Shown here: piece after piece, positions 46,207-56,605 of the stretch
Position numbering within the stretch: position 1 is the stretch's first letter
Layout: the number at the start of each line of letters is the position of its first letter
IMG/VR virus record: IMGVR_UViG_3300022698_000267
Location: 186,001-250,000 of that record
Length of the DNA: 64,000 bases
Reading direction: 5' to 3' (one strand)
Made by a program: the position numbers and the translations under genes
The notes under the pieces: model-generated
What the model was told of the DNA's origin: nothing
The model's database searches: none
What the model saw: the letters and a program-made list of their open reading frames with translations, nothing else

Positions 46207-47145
46207 CTAATGTTTTAAAATTTTCTTTACAGTATCTTTACAAGACTTGGATATAATATCGTTCTTCGTTTCTAACGATTTAGAAAGACAAGTTGAATCA
46301 AATATTGAAACCAAAAGTCTTTGATCTATCTCTTTTCTATCTGGGTCTTCTCTCTTTCTCAGAGCTTTCTTTTGTGTATCTACAAGTTCACAAATGCACC
46401 CATCCAAAATGAAGAAATCTCTTGCAACTTGTACATCTGGTTCATCTAGTATCAATAGTGAGAAATCAGATGTTTTAGATTTGAATACGAATGAATCTTC
46501 ATCTAAATTTTCTGTCATATTGGAATCATTCACAATATTATGTCTGTTTACTAAATGATCCCAGAATAATTCTTCAATATTTCTACCTTCTCTTTTTGCC
46601 AACTCCTGACAGATTTCATAAAGTAGAAATAATGATAGTTTTGCAATGTACCCATCTTCTTGAAAAATTATATCTGAACAGAAAGAACCTTTGATAATGA
46701 TTTTTCTCATTTCATTGAAAAATTCGAAAGTTGCAGCTTTGTGTTCTGGATAATCATAAACTGGAAATTCTTGTCTTGATTCACTGATGAATGATAGTAT
46801 GTAATTTGTTTTTTCCTTATCGTTGCAATAAGATAGGAGTTTTTCTAATGTATTTTCCGAATACTCGTCATTTTTGATGGTTAAGTCTGTTGAGATATAA
46901 ATCATGGGAAAGATAAATTTCATTACATTCTTTCCTCTAATAGAATCTAATTCAATCATATGTCCATTTTCCAATTTGCTGCATATGGTTACAATGGAAG
47001 AATTTCTTTGTTTGGAAAATAATAATACTGATAAAACTTCTAAATTCCAATCATTCTCCATCATAAATTTTCTTCGAACGAAGTCCAAATTTTCATAAGA
47101 TATTTTCGATAATTCCATAGTCAGTACATCCTCCTGAGATTTCAT
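46207..47145 (-). CDS. Hypothetical protein
   Basis: 312 aa ORF. Confidence 0.7.
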   Translation of the reverse strand: MKSQEDVLTMELSKISYENLDFVRRKFMMENDWNLEVLSVLLFSKQRNSSIVTICSKLENGHMIELDSIRGKNVMKFIFPMIYISTDLTIKNDEYSENTLEKLLSYCNDKEKTNYILSFISESRQEFPVYDYPEHKAATFEFFNEMRKIIIKGSFCSDIIFQEDGYIAKLSLFLLYEICQELAKREGRNIEELFWDHLVNRHNIVNDSNMTENLDEDSFVFKSKTSDFSLLILDEPDVQVARDFFILDGCICELVDTQKKALRKREDPDRKEIDQRLLVSIFDSTCLSKSLETKNDIISKSCKDTVKKILKH

Positions 47146-47152
47146 TTAAAAT

Positions 47153-49831
47153 TTACCACGCATTTCCTTGTGACCAGTCTGGACCCAATGAATCTGTTAA
47201 TTGTGTTACAATAGTATCCAGACTGGAAACATGTCCAACAGGTTCCGGCCATGGATATGGTTGCCATGATGATTCGTAATGAGAATCTAAATTCCTTCGC
47301 AAGTCTATCCTTATTAAACCATCTGTTGTGTATGTTGTCAACATTTTATTGACCCCATCATAATGTAAGTGTGGTCTACACCACTTTTGACTTGTAAAAG
47401 TGGCAATTGAACTCATTTGTTTGCATGTAATTTCTAATTTAGTTAATACTAATGGCATCACTTGTAAACTGGAGTCGCTCTTATCTATATATAGTACTAT
47501 AGCGGTAGTACTATTTTGTTGTCCAAAATGCATTTTTTGAACACTCATAATAGACCCTATATCATTGCATCCAGTATCATTAAATGAAAAATTCACATCA
47601 TATACAAATTTAAATATTTCCATTTTAACAAATCCTGGATTATCTCTATACTGTGACCATTTTTCATAGAACCATCTGGATTTGTTATACAAATGGGCAG
47701 AGTTTTCCTCACCTTTTGGACCATAGTAAACGGATGGATAACTCATAACAGCTTTTGGATGTTCTACATACATGTAAGCAGAGCCTTGTTGCCTATGATA
47801 GAATTCTCCTCCTTTTTCTTGTTGTGTAACGACCATTCCATATAGATTTACTATAGCATTTCCATTCTCGCAAGGAGAATATGATTTAGGATTATTTTCA
47901 TCTAATGGCTCTAATCCAAGATAAGCCATAGATAGTCTATGTAATAGATAGTCTAAAGCTCCAGTTTGCATTGTTACGCCTACTAGAAAGTAGTCACCAC
48001 TCAAAAATTTTTCCAAACCACTACGTGCTGTTCCTGAGGTACCTTCCGCATTTATTCCTGAAGCGGAAGTAATTCCTGGGTCTTGCATAAATTCATTTGC
48101 TGCTTCTATTGTTAAATTTGTTCCATATATTGGAGGAAAATAATGACATGAATTACAAGAATTCCCATCCGTTATTGGATCATTGCCACCTCCACCACTA
48201 CCTGCTATATGATCTGGAATTTTACATTCGACATCTTCGTATATTTTGAGCGTTATACCACCAGACCCTGGATCCTCGACATTAAAAATTACATCCATAG
48301 CATTTAGAAGTATTTTTGGTGCTCCAGGTGGTCTGTACGTATTAAAATCCGGATTGTATTCGTACCCACCATAACCATACAATGCTTTCGCAAATAAACA
48401 GAAATCAACGCAAATGTATTCTTCAGGACAAGTGTTATTGTAAGCAAATAAAGTGCTACCTGAGCCATCTAATACTAGTGAACCCTTTCCATCAATAGCA
48501 TTCCCCCCATTTCCTCCATTCATAGCATCTCCAGGTAAGCAGATTTGGTTCATCCCCCTTACATCACCTCCTATTGTAAAGTAAGGAGGGGTTGGTGATG
48601 AATATAGATATGAAGCTTTGAAGCTGCTAAATACAAAATCGGAATTTGCGCTTACTAAAGATCCAAAAAAATTGGTTTTGTCAGTTTGTACTGGATAATA
48701 CATATATGATCCAACCCACGGGCGATTTGCATGTTGTGCAACACTCCATGCAGTTGTTAATGTTCCAATTAAAGTTGCACCAAAAGCTACTGGATCTAAC
48801 ATATATGTATCTATGGCTAATGAAAAATCATATACTGGAACTCCACATGTAAACATAAAATATCGTGAAAACCAAGGATCTTTTCCAACAAGACCATCAA
48901 GCCCCCCGATTCGTAAAAGGTCTGCTATGTGTTCAGTCATTTTAACTGGGTAACCAATTGAAATTCTATTTTTAAGAGTTCCTTCAAGTTGTGCTTGTGC
49001 TATTGATAAATTGCTTTGTTGCATTAATGCATCATGAGTCATAAATTCCGTCCATAGAGTTACACCAAGTATTGGAATTGCTTTAAAATCTTTTTGCCAT
49101 GCTTCTCCACCAAATGTTTCTGCTATGGTTTTTTTTGAAAAAGTTGCCGACCTCCCTTTTCCTACAAAGTTTTCAAAATATTTATATAAAGATTCTGCAT
49201 ATAAAGCTGGATAATCTGAGCAAACTGGACCTAAATCATTATAAGTGTAAGGTACTGATTCGAAACCAAATGGTTGTCCTCTGAATCCAGGGTATAGTGT
49301 TCCTCTTTTTCCACATACAAAAGCTCCAGTAAAACTGTCTTTTGGGGATGCTATTCCACCTCCAATTCCACTTCCAGCTTCTGTGTCTTTATCATCGTCG
49401 GTCACCCTACTGTTATTCGTTATATCTTGTACAGAAAATCGGTACATCTGGCCACCAAAATGTCCAGCTGATGAAGCAATAGTCCATCCAACAAAAACAG
49501 ATTTTCCAGTTATTCCATCTGGCATAGCACTTCCAAATGATGGTCCTGGAAGTGGTGTTGTTTGTTCACCACCTTGTACATAATTGATAGAAGTTTTACA
49601 AAATCCGGGACCATCTTGTTCTTCATCCCATGTTCCTCTATACATTTTAGCCATGACATATAAATCTAAAAATACAACTGGTCTCTTTGTAGGAGATTCA
49701 GAACTTATGCCAGCTACAATTAACCCATAGGGTTTTGGTAAAGGATCATCTCCCCATTCTGTTAGTTTTGGACTGCCAGTAGATGATATGTCATCTAATT
49801 CAGTTCCAGCAAAATTTGCATGATCATCCAT
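47153..49831 (-). CDS. Large Gly/aromatic/Cys-rich protein, probably virion-associated
   Basis: 892 aa; composition only. Confidence 0.6.
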   Translation of the reverse strand: MDDHANFAGTELDDISSTGSPKLTEWGDDPLPKPYGLIVAGISSESPTKRPVVFLDLYVMAKMYRGTWDEEQDGPGFCKTSINYVQGGEQTTPLPGPSFGSAMPDGITGKSVFVGWTIASSAGHFGGQMYRFSVQDITNNSRVTDDDKDTEAGSGIGGGIASPKDSFTGAFVCGKRGTLYPGFRGQPFGFESVPYTYNDLGPVCSDYPALYAESLYKYFENFVGKGRSATFSKKTIAETFGGEAWQKDFKAIPILGVTLWTEFMTHDALMQQSNLSIAQAQLEGTLKNRISIGYPVKMTEHIADLLRIGGLDGLVGKDPWFSRYFMFTCGVPVYDFSLAIDTYMLDPVAFGATLIGTLTTAWSVAQHANRPWVGSYMYYPVQTDKTNFFGSLVSANSDFVFSSFKASYLYSSPTPPYFTIGGDVRGMNQICLPGDAMNGGNGGNAIDGKGSLVLDGSGSTLFAYNNTCPEEYICVDFCLFAKALYGYGGYEYNPDFNTYRPPGAPKILLNAMDVIFNVEDPGSGGITLKIYEDVECKIPDHIAGSGGGGNDPITDGNSCNSCHYFPPIYGTNLTIEAANEFMQDPGITSASGINAEGTSGTARSGLEKFLSGDYFLVGVTMQTGALDYLLHRLSMAYLGLEPLDENNPKSYSPCENGNAIVNLYGMVVTQQEKGGEFYHRQQGSAYMYVEHPKAVMSYPSVYYGPKGEENSAHLYNKSRWFYEKWSQYRDNPGFVKMEIFKFVYDVNFSFNDTGCNDIGSIMSVQKMHFGQQNSTTAIVLYIDKSDSSLQVMPLVLTKLEITCKQMSSIATFTSQKWCRPHLHYDGVNKMLTTYTTDGLIRIDLRRNLDSHYESSWQPYPWPEPVGHVSSLDTIVTQLTDSLGPDWSQGNAW

Positions 49832-49835
49832 ACTT

Positions 49836-50204
49836 TTACTCCGGCAAAATCATCACAATACCATTCTCAAATTCCACTCTAATTCGTTTTTTTGTATCGA
49901 TGAAGCCAAAGCTAGCATGTTGAAAATCATCTACTGCCATAGACCCTATGAATTTTTGGAAGTATTCTATTCCAGTTAACCATTCTAAATCGCCTTTCAT
50001 AACACAAATGTGTTGATTATTGATAGTCAAAGCAACAGAAACCCATTGTACTTTTTCATCTTTAAAACTGGCTATTGTAAAGTCTCTCATGACTCTATAA
50101 GCCGTTTTTTCAGCAGTAGCTTTGTAATCTTTCAAATTATGCTGCCAGATTTTACTTTGTCCATTTTCATCGATAATAGAAATAGAGATAACAAAATCAT
50201 TCAT
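49836..50204 (-). CDS. Hypothetical protein
   Basis: 122 aa, coupled. Confidence 0.6.
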   Translation of the reverse strand: MNDFVISISIIDENGQSKIWQHNLKDYKATAEKTAYRVMRDFTIASFKDEKVQWVSVALTINNQHICVMKGDLEWLTGIEYFQKFIGSMAVDDFQHASFGFIDTKKRIRVEFENGIVMILPE

Positions 50205-51060
50205 TCTCAGACTCCAGTTGGTATTTAAAATGTTTGGATCTACAAATTAATAGAAGGAGATTACGTAACGATTTTTCAATCTTTTTATTTCCAGTGTATT
50301 CTATGAAATTTTTTAGAAATGTTTCTATTTGATACACTTTAAATTTTTTATCTCCTTTATTAGTGGCATTTCTTATAATGTATCCTAATAACAAAGCTCT
50401 TGTTAGACTTAATTCAAAATCCTTACCAGAAAATTGTGCCTCCAAGACCTGTTGTATAATGTTCCGTATATACCATTGTAATTGATTCATTCCAGCGTAA
50501 GACATTAATGAATTATATTCTGTTTTAATTTCATCATTCGTTAAAAATCGAAAAATATGAAGTATTTTGGCTTTTTTCTTCCACCAAGTGAAATAATTTT
50601 TAGAATGATACTCTTCTGTTTGTATAAGGTTTTCTTCATTCCAAGATGCTATGATGTAAGGAATCTTACTTTTCTTGGAAATTTTGTAGTTGATATATAT
50701 TGGTATTTTTTCTCCAAGACAAAAAATCGAAAAGATTAAGTATATTGGATAATATTTTCCATATCCAATAATTTCTAAAAAATTTTGAACTGCTGCACCA
50801 CGTTCTTTTCCAAAGGCATGTTTAGAAGAACAGTTTTGACAGAGGGTTTCAAAATAATTTTCTTGGCATTCTATTGGAAGTGCATTTGTAAACAAAGCTA
50901 CGTACATTCGTTTTTCACTTAAAGCGCATATTTCTTGCATTTCTTGATGATCAGGATCTTGTGTTACGTCTATTCCAGACCAATACCTGTCTAGATAATC
51001 ATAACATCTAGAGTCTTGACTTAATCTTATTCTTTCTATACATGATATTTCGTTTCCCAT
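50197..51060 (-). CDS. Hypothetical protein
   Basis: 287 aa; GGAGG RBS; promoter motif upstream. Confidence 0.7.
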   Translation of the reverse strand: MGNEISCIERIRLSQDSRCYDYLDRYWSGIDVTQDPDHQEMQEICALSEKRMYVALFTNALPIECQENYFETLCQNCSSKHAFGKERGAAVQNFLEIIGYGKYYPIYLIFSIFCLGEKIPIYINYKISKKSKIPYIIASWNEENLIQTEEYHSKNYFTWWKKKAKILHIFRFLTNDEIKTEYNSLMSYAGMNQLQWYIRNIIQQVLEAQFSGKDFELSLTRALLLGYIIRNATNKGDKKFKVYQIETFLKNFIEYTGNKKIEKSLRNLLLLICRSKHFKYQLESENE

Positions 51061-51082
51061 TATTTAGAAGCCTCCAACTTTT

Positions 51083-51092
51083 TTTTAGTATT
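51083..51092 (-). promoter_or_regulatory. Putative phage promoter motif AATACTAAAA (minus strand)
   Basis: ttttagtatt on +, 23 nt upstream of the 51060 start. Confidence 0.6.
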
Positions 51093-51163
51093 CTTGAGGA
51101 TTTATAATAGGAAATGTCTTAAAAACATTTCATATATTGGTAAAGTTCTGAAGGAGTTTTAAA

Positions 51164-51436
51164 ATTTCTATTACTAATGAGATACAACTTAAAGAATTCA
51201 CACAAGGTCTTTTAGAATTTTCTAGATCTGTAGAGGAGGGAGATTTAAATGTTAATTTATCTCCTAATGAAGATCTCAATGTTATTACGAATGAAGAAGT
51301 AGAAGAGTTTGTTGCTGTTAATTCTAAAGCTACATTGGAAAAAGGAAATCCTGATGAAATTTCTAGTGATTGGAGATCTACATTTGGGGAAGAGCTACTT
51401 TCCAATGCTAAGATTCGAGCAAAATCCAAACTTTAA
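51164..51436 (+). CDS. Acidic 90-aa protein with a possible ATT start (not in the ORF track)
   Basis: AAGGAG at 51151-56, then ATT 51164; open frame ISITNEIQLKEF...KSKL*. Confidence 0.4.
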   Translation: MSITNEIQLKEFTQGLLEFSRSVEEGDLNVNLSPNEDLNVITNEEVEEFVAVNSKATLEKGNPDEISSDWRSTFGEELLSNAKIRAKSKL

Positions 51437-52310
51437 CTTTGAAAAGTACAAGAATTTCTCTAATCTCTGGACCTCCAGATCTATAGACTACATAATGAAC
51501 GTTTTTGATCTAATAAATATCGAGTTTTCAAATCAAGATATAGAAATAGTATTCTTGGGAGATGTTTTGGATTCTGCAAAAACTCCTGAAGAAACAATGG
51601 ATCTGTATTTTAAATTTGGACTACTAGACAAGATGTTAAATAAGAATCCGAATTGTAGAATATCCATAGTCGTTGGGAATCATGATAAGAATACAAAACT
51701 TCAAAAGATAAATTCTTCTAAATTAAGCAGTTATCATAATTACAGAAGTAGAGTTGTCGTTTATGAAGAATCTTACATGAATGAAGAAAGAAATTTATTA
51801 TACGTTCCTTATATAAGATTTGACCTTTTATTCAAAAACCTATCGCAATACAGTAAACAAACTTTCAAAGAAATTATAATCTTTTCACATAATCGAATTT
51901 ACATCAATGATTTTTTTAGAAAATCAAGAACATACAGCAGATCAGAAATTCATAATTTGTTTTCTCAAACCAAAATAGTAATGTTTAACGGCCATATACA
52001 TAATCATTATTATGAAAAAGATTTCTTTCTGACTGGTTCTGTTTCTCCAACTTCGATGAAGGATGATTTTCAGTCTTCTGGATTGTGTTTTTACGATTCA
52101 GAAACTAAAGAATTAAGGACTTACAAAAACAATAAAATTTCTTTTCTGTCTATTTGGTCTAGAGATCATTTAGAATCTTTGTTTGAGATGTTAAATTTTG
52201 CTAAAGAATCTGGATGTCATATAGCTTTAAGATTATCTTCTGACTTAAAAAGAGATTTAAAAGGGTTATGTAAGAATTTTTCAGAAACTATCGTAGCATT
52301 TAGTTATTAG
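51354..52310 (+). CDS. Calcineurin-like metallophosphoesterase (Mre11/gp47-like); start moved to ATG 51354
   Basis: GDLHLG, GDVLD, GNHD, SHN, GHIH. Confidence 0.85.
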   Translation: MKFLVIGDLHLGKSYFPMLRFEQNPNFNFEKYKNFSNLWTSRSIDYIMNVFDLINIEFSNQDIEIVFLGDVLDSAKTPEETMDLYFKFGLLDKMLNKNPNCRISIVVGNHDKNTKLQKINSSKLSSYHNYRSRVVVYEESYMNEERNLLYVPYIRFDLLFKNLSQYSKQTFKEIIIFSHNRIYINDFFRKSRTYSRSEIHNLFSQTKIVMFNGHIHNHYYEKDFFLTGSVSPTSMKDDFQSSGLCFYDSETKELRTYKNNKISFLSIWSRDHLESLFEMLNFAKESGCHIALRLSSDLKRDLKGLCKNFSETIVAFSY

Positions 52311-52318
52311 GAGTTGTC

Positions 52319-52684
52319 ATGTTACAATTAAGGAAAGTTATAGAAAAAGTTATTTTTCCAAAGTTGCATGGAATTGAAGAATCACCGACTGTTACAATCT
52401 TAGGAATGTCCTCTGAAAATACTAGCAATCCTTTTAGTGGAACTGAACATAACGAAAGTTATGATGATTCAAAAACAGTAGATTGCATATTCAGTGAAGA
52501 ACCAGAAATCATCAGCTCTGGAAATAATGTTACCACTCAAAAAGTTATCTATTTCTATATAAAAGTTCCAGATTTTCCAGAGTTAAGTTTAAAAAATCGT
52601 TTTGTGTTTAAAGGTATTCGTTACAAAGCTATGGATGTACAAGATCTTTTCGGCTTATGGAAAGTTAAAGTCGTTAAGAGTTAG
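52319..52684 (+). CDS. Probable head-closure/connector-like structural protein
   Basis: 121-aa beta-rich ORF in a structural block; RFVFKGIRYK segment. Confidence 0.4.
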   Translation: MLQLRKVIEKVIFPKLHGIEESPTVTILGMSSENTSNPFSGTEHNESYDDSKTVDCIFSEEPEIISSGNNVTTQKVIYFYIKVPDFPELSLKNRFVFKGIRYKAMDVQDLFGLWKVKVVKS

Positions 52685-52697
52685 AAGGAGGTTCTAA

Positions 52698-53642
52698 ATG
52701 GGTATTTTTGGTGACGATCAAGAAGGTGGAAACCTTGATGGAATGCAATTTGTAGAAGCTAGAAAGTCATCAGATGGAACTATTACTATAAGTCTTACTG
52801 GTTTGCCTGGAGACATGCCTGGTGGAACACTAGGTATTGGAGGTTATAAATTCGTTAGAACATCTAGATCTGGAATGGGAACTCTAAAAGAATCTGCTAC
52901 ATATGTGGCAGAAAAATCATCTAATAACTTTGTTAAAATAAGCAATAGCTGTGTTTATAAAAATATCCCAAAATCAGTGTTAGATAGTTATAACAGGTCA
53001 ATAACTCCAAAAGCAATCCTGGCAGATATATCAAACCCAGATTCTGTTGTGAAATTAAAATCCGTAGACAGTCCCTGGACAGATGACCCAGATGGATGGA
53101 CTGCACAAGATATACTAAATGATTTAGATTTTGGTGGTGTTACATTGCCTTCCGGCATGGATTACTCTATTAATGAGGTTCAAGTGAAAGCTGGAACTCC
53201 TCTTGGTAGTTTTATAAAATCTCTCCTTCCAATTCCTGGAATAGTAATTGCAAATACGGCAGGAGGATTAATTATTAGCACGTCAGGAAGTGCAGGAGGA
53301 TTGGAGCCTCCTGGTACTCTTTGTTGGCAAAGTGGTGAATCTGAAACGAAACAAGATTTTTCTAATACCGTAACTGGAGGGAACTCATCACCAATTCAAA
53401 TAACTGGTGGTTGTACTACAGTGGGAGTTGGAGATGACTCACCTATTTTTGGAGGACCATTTAATGAAGACGCAGAGGTTATAGTACATATAAATCAGGT
53501 TGGTGGAATGTTTGGAGTTGAATCAGAAAACGTTTCTAGTTACTCTTCCGAATCTTTTATATCTCATATGTTTTCAATAGGTAGTTCAGTTGGGCCTGGT
53601 GGTGGTGGAGGTGGAGGGGGAAGTGGAGTTGGTCCTGCATAA
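52698..53642 (+). CDS. Gly-rich probable tail/baseplate protein
   Basis: Composition and context. Confidence 0.5.
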   Translation: MGIFGDDQEGGNLDGMQFVEARKSSDGTITISLTGLPGDMPGGTLGIGGYKFVRTSRSGMGTLKESATYVAEKSSNNFVKISNSCVYKNIPKSVLDSYNRSITPKAILADISNPDSVVKLKSVDSPWTDDPDGWTAQDILNDLDFGGVTLPSGMDYSINEVQVKAGTPLGSFIKSLLPIPGIVIANTAGGLIISTSGSAGGLEPPGTLCWQSGESETKQDFSNTVTGGNSSPIQITGGCTTVGVGDDSPIFGGPFNEDAEVIVHINQVGGMFGVESENVSSYSSESFISHMFSIGSSVGPGGGGGGGGSGVGPA

Positions 53643-53660
53643 AATAAAATGGGATAGATA

Positions 53661-56591
53661 ATGGCTTTTAATAAAGTAGAATCTTTAGATTTTAAAGTAG
53701 ATGTTTTTGTAATTAGAGACTTCGATATGGTTATTCGATTACAAAAACATCAACTAGTTCTATATGATATTGATATAAATGCAGAGGTTCCCTATTACAC
53801 TCTATATGATCATTTAACAACTGTCATTAGAGTAATGGAAACTACTGCAGACTTGAATGAATATGATAAACAGGACACTACTTCATTTTTTCAAGTTTTT
53901 GAATCAGAAGAACTTGTACATAACAGATATCTTTCCAGAGATTTACAAATCAGTGAAAGTCCATCAACTAGAATGAATACACCTCTTTCTAGATTTATGG
54001 AGTTGCAAAGTACTGAAGGTTCTGAATTTTCTGCAACTGCATCCCAGTTGTACTGTGTAGCAGATTTTTCTAATGTTGTTGATTTACATAAATTAAAATT
54101 TGGTGTTGAGGGATTTTTTCATGTAATTCTAGAAAATTCAGATCCATCATTAGTTCCCACTAATCATTCAGAATTCATCCAGAAATTTTCAAATAATGCA
54201 GTTTATTGTAAAGGGATTGTTCCTAACACTGAACCTTGGGATATTGCTTGGAGTAGCTATGCAGCAATGTATTGTGGATACATTTACATAGAGAACACAG
54301 GGAATTACTATTTTGGTTTAAAATGTCCAAAACCAGCTGAGATACAAATAGATGATATTTTAGTAGTTTATCAATATTCGAATTGTACAGACTCTATTAT
54401 ATGGGATTCTATTCAGTTGTCTACCGGTTTTCATTCTATAAAAATTCGATACGTTAAAGACGCTTCTGAAACTACCAGGTTGTACACTTATTTCAAATTG
54501 AGTGAGGGTGGATCAACAATAGATTTAAATGTTACTGAACTACAAAATGCTGGTTTAAATTTATATTCTATGGATTTTTCATCTAATGAGGAAATAATTT
54601 CTGATGAAAATTTTGTTAATGAACCAACTAAATTGTCAGAAATAGATCCAACTTTATTTCATATAAATAAACACCTTCCAATCACTATTTTAACTAAACC
54701 AGATAGTCTTCTATTATCCAGCTTTTTACAATATCTACATCAATTTTCTACCCCAGATTCTGTACAAGTAAATCCCAGTATAGCTTATGGTTCAGTTGAA
54801 TCTATGTTATCCTTTGATACATTTCCATATGGAGCAGTTGGTTTAGGAGTAGACATTGAAGAGGGTCATTGCGAAGAATCATCAATAGACCTGTATTATG
54901 AAAATCCAATCCCAATAGACACTTTAGAGATTATTGAGAGTGTTGGATTCACAAATAAATTAATGGAAGATTCTTATGCTAGAAGAATCGGTCTTACAAT
55001 AAGAGATGTTAATAATGAACATGTCTTGGGAAGGGATTTGGAAGAATTGATCGATTTGGAAAATTGTCAGAATATAGAAGAAATTCACTGGTCATCCACT
55101 TACAAGATTTTCTTCAATAAAATCGATGACACACAAGGGATCTTAGTACGATTTAAAAGGAAAATATCTCCAAGATTCATACAGGTTTCACCATTGGATT
55201 GTGAAGAACAAGAATCATGGGGAATTATCACTTTCTTAGGAACTTACGATTCAGATGCTGATATTCGATTTTTTAATAAACAACGAGGATTTTTGCATAA
55301 AAATGACTTTCTTTCATCTATTACAAATAACATTTTAATAGATTACTACAACATTTTTTCTATACCTTCTGTTTTTAATTCCAAAAATCTACCTTTTGAT
55401 ATAACGAAAGGATCAGATTTTATAATGTTTATGTTATTCGACTGTGGAGATATCTCTAACATAGAAGTTTACGGAAATTCATTTCTATTTGAGAATTCTT
55501 TAGAGGAGCCTGTCATTGATAAATCTGTGATTTGTAATGTTAAGTACATCAGTATTTCTGACAAAAGGTTCATTAATTTCTATGATGATTCTGAAAAAGT
55601 TACATTGTTAGATTGGGCAAGAATAGGATATGATAGAACAACAGAATCAATAATTCCTAATGACTTTTCCTATTTTACAATAACAATAGATAATACTGGA
55701 GGGTCTGAATTAACAGACTACTTAATAGATGCTTTAGTTTACAATACTGGATTTGGTTTTTCAGGAACACAAGAATCAACACCATTTCCTGTATGTGGAT
55801 TAAATACTGATGATATATTGGTTATGGATCCGGAAACATGGGATTCTAATGTGGTTAGAATGAAAATTCCAACTATTCCAGCGGATTCTACAACCACTGT
55901 TGTATTGGAACAGTCTGAACTATTTTCTAATCCAGCCCTTGAATTATCTGGTGGAGATTCTGGTGCTTCCCCAGAACCATCTGTCGTGGAAGATATAATG
56001 GGATTGGATTTGTGCGTTGCTTATATAGGAACAGTTTCTGAAAATAGCGTAGAAGACTTATTTTTAATGAGTTCAGATTCCAGTCAAATGAATACCAGTT
56101 TTTCCTATAACATTCCAAAACAATTAACAATTGCCAATATTCTTGTATCTGAGGCTACTGGTTCAGATATTGATATTGAAATACAAGTTGATATGAAATT
56201 AATCTTCGATGTATTTGGAAAATATCCAGTAGTTGTAATTGAATCCTCTAGTCGACAAGTACTTTCTACAGCTGGATTAACCTCTGGATCTTCTATTACA
56301 TTTAATTTTAAAGATTGGGATACGAACCAAATACGATTCCTAGCCTCTTTAAAAGGTGGAGAAACGAAGCAATTTTTTATTAGAATATCAGACTTCACAG
56401 GATCTGCTGGAGATTTTGGAACAAGAACTCTATTAGGAGGAGATGGTGTTCAAGTGAGTACAGCAAATTCCACTTTATTTCCATATAATAAAATAACTTC
56501 ATTAAAAGATTATAAAGGATTGACTTGTACACCGAAAATAGTTTACGCATATAGTGGAATCAATGAAAGTGTAATAGAAAACATTACGTAA
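53661..56591 (+). CDS. Large structural protein with PA14-like and DUF2341-like segments
   Basis: YCGYIYIENTGNYYF..IQIDD..LSTGFHSIKIRY (PA14); ITIDNTGGSELTDY (DUF2341 start). Confidence 0.65.
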   Translation: MAFNKVESLDFKVDVFVIRDFDMVIRLQKHQLVLYDIDINAEVPYYTLYDHLTTVIRVMETTADLNEYDKQDTTSFFQVFESEELVHNRYLSRDLQISESPSTRMNTPLSRFMELQSTEGSEFSATASQLYCVADFSNVVDLHKLKFGVEGFFHVILENSDPSLVPTNHSEFIQKFSNNAVYCKGIVPNTEPWDIAWSSYAAMYCGYIYIENTGNYYFGLKCPKPAEIQIDDILVVYQYSNCTDSIIWDSIQLSTGFHSIKIRYVKDASETTRLYTYFKLSEGGSTIDLNVTELQNAGLNLYSMDFSSNEEIISDENFVNEPTKLSEIDPTLFHINKHLPITILTKPDSLLLSSFLQYLHQFSTPDSVQVNPSIAYGSVESMLSFDTFPYGAVGLGVDIEEGHCEESSIDLYYENPIPIDTLEIIESVGFTNKLMEDSYARRIGLTIRDVNNEHVLGRDLEELIDLENCQNIEEIHWSSTYKIFFNKIDDTQGILVRFKRKISPRFIQVSPLDCEEQESWGIITFLGTYDSDADIRFFNKQRGFLHKNDFLSSITNNILIDYYNIFSIPSVFNSKNLPFDITKGSDFIMFMLFDCGDISNIEVYGNSFLFENSLEEPVIDKSVICNVKYISISDKRFINFYDDSEKVTLLDWARIGYDRTTESIIPNDFSYFTITIDNTGGSELTDYLIDALVYNTGFGFSGTQESTPFPVCGLNTDDILVMDPETWDSNVVRMKIPTIPADSTTTVVLEQSELFSNPALELSGGDSGASPEPSVVEDIMGLDLCVAYIGTVSENSVEDLFLMSSDSSQMNTSFSYNIPKQLTIANILVSEATGSDIDIEIQVDMKLIFDVFGKYPVVVIESSSRQVLSTAGLTSGSSITFNFKDWDTNQIRFLASLKGGETKQFFIRISDFTGSAGDFGTRTLLGGDGVQVSTANSTLFPYNKITSLKDYKGLTCTPKIVYAYSGINESVIENIT

Positions 56592-56605
56592 ATGGGGGAT
56601 TTAAA

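Noticed and set aside
51130-51429. Minus-strand 99-aa ORF from the track
   Set aside because: Ser/Leu-rich antisense shadow of a more protein-like + strand frame, with no RBS.
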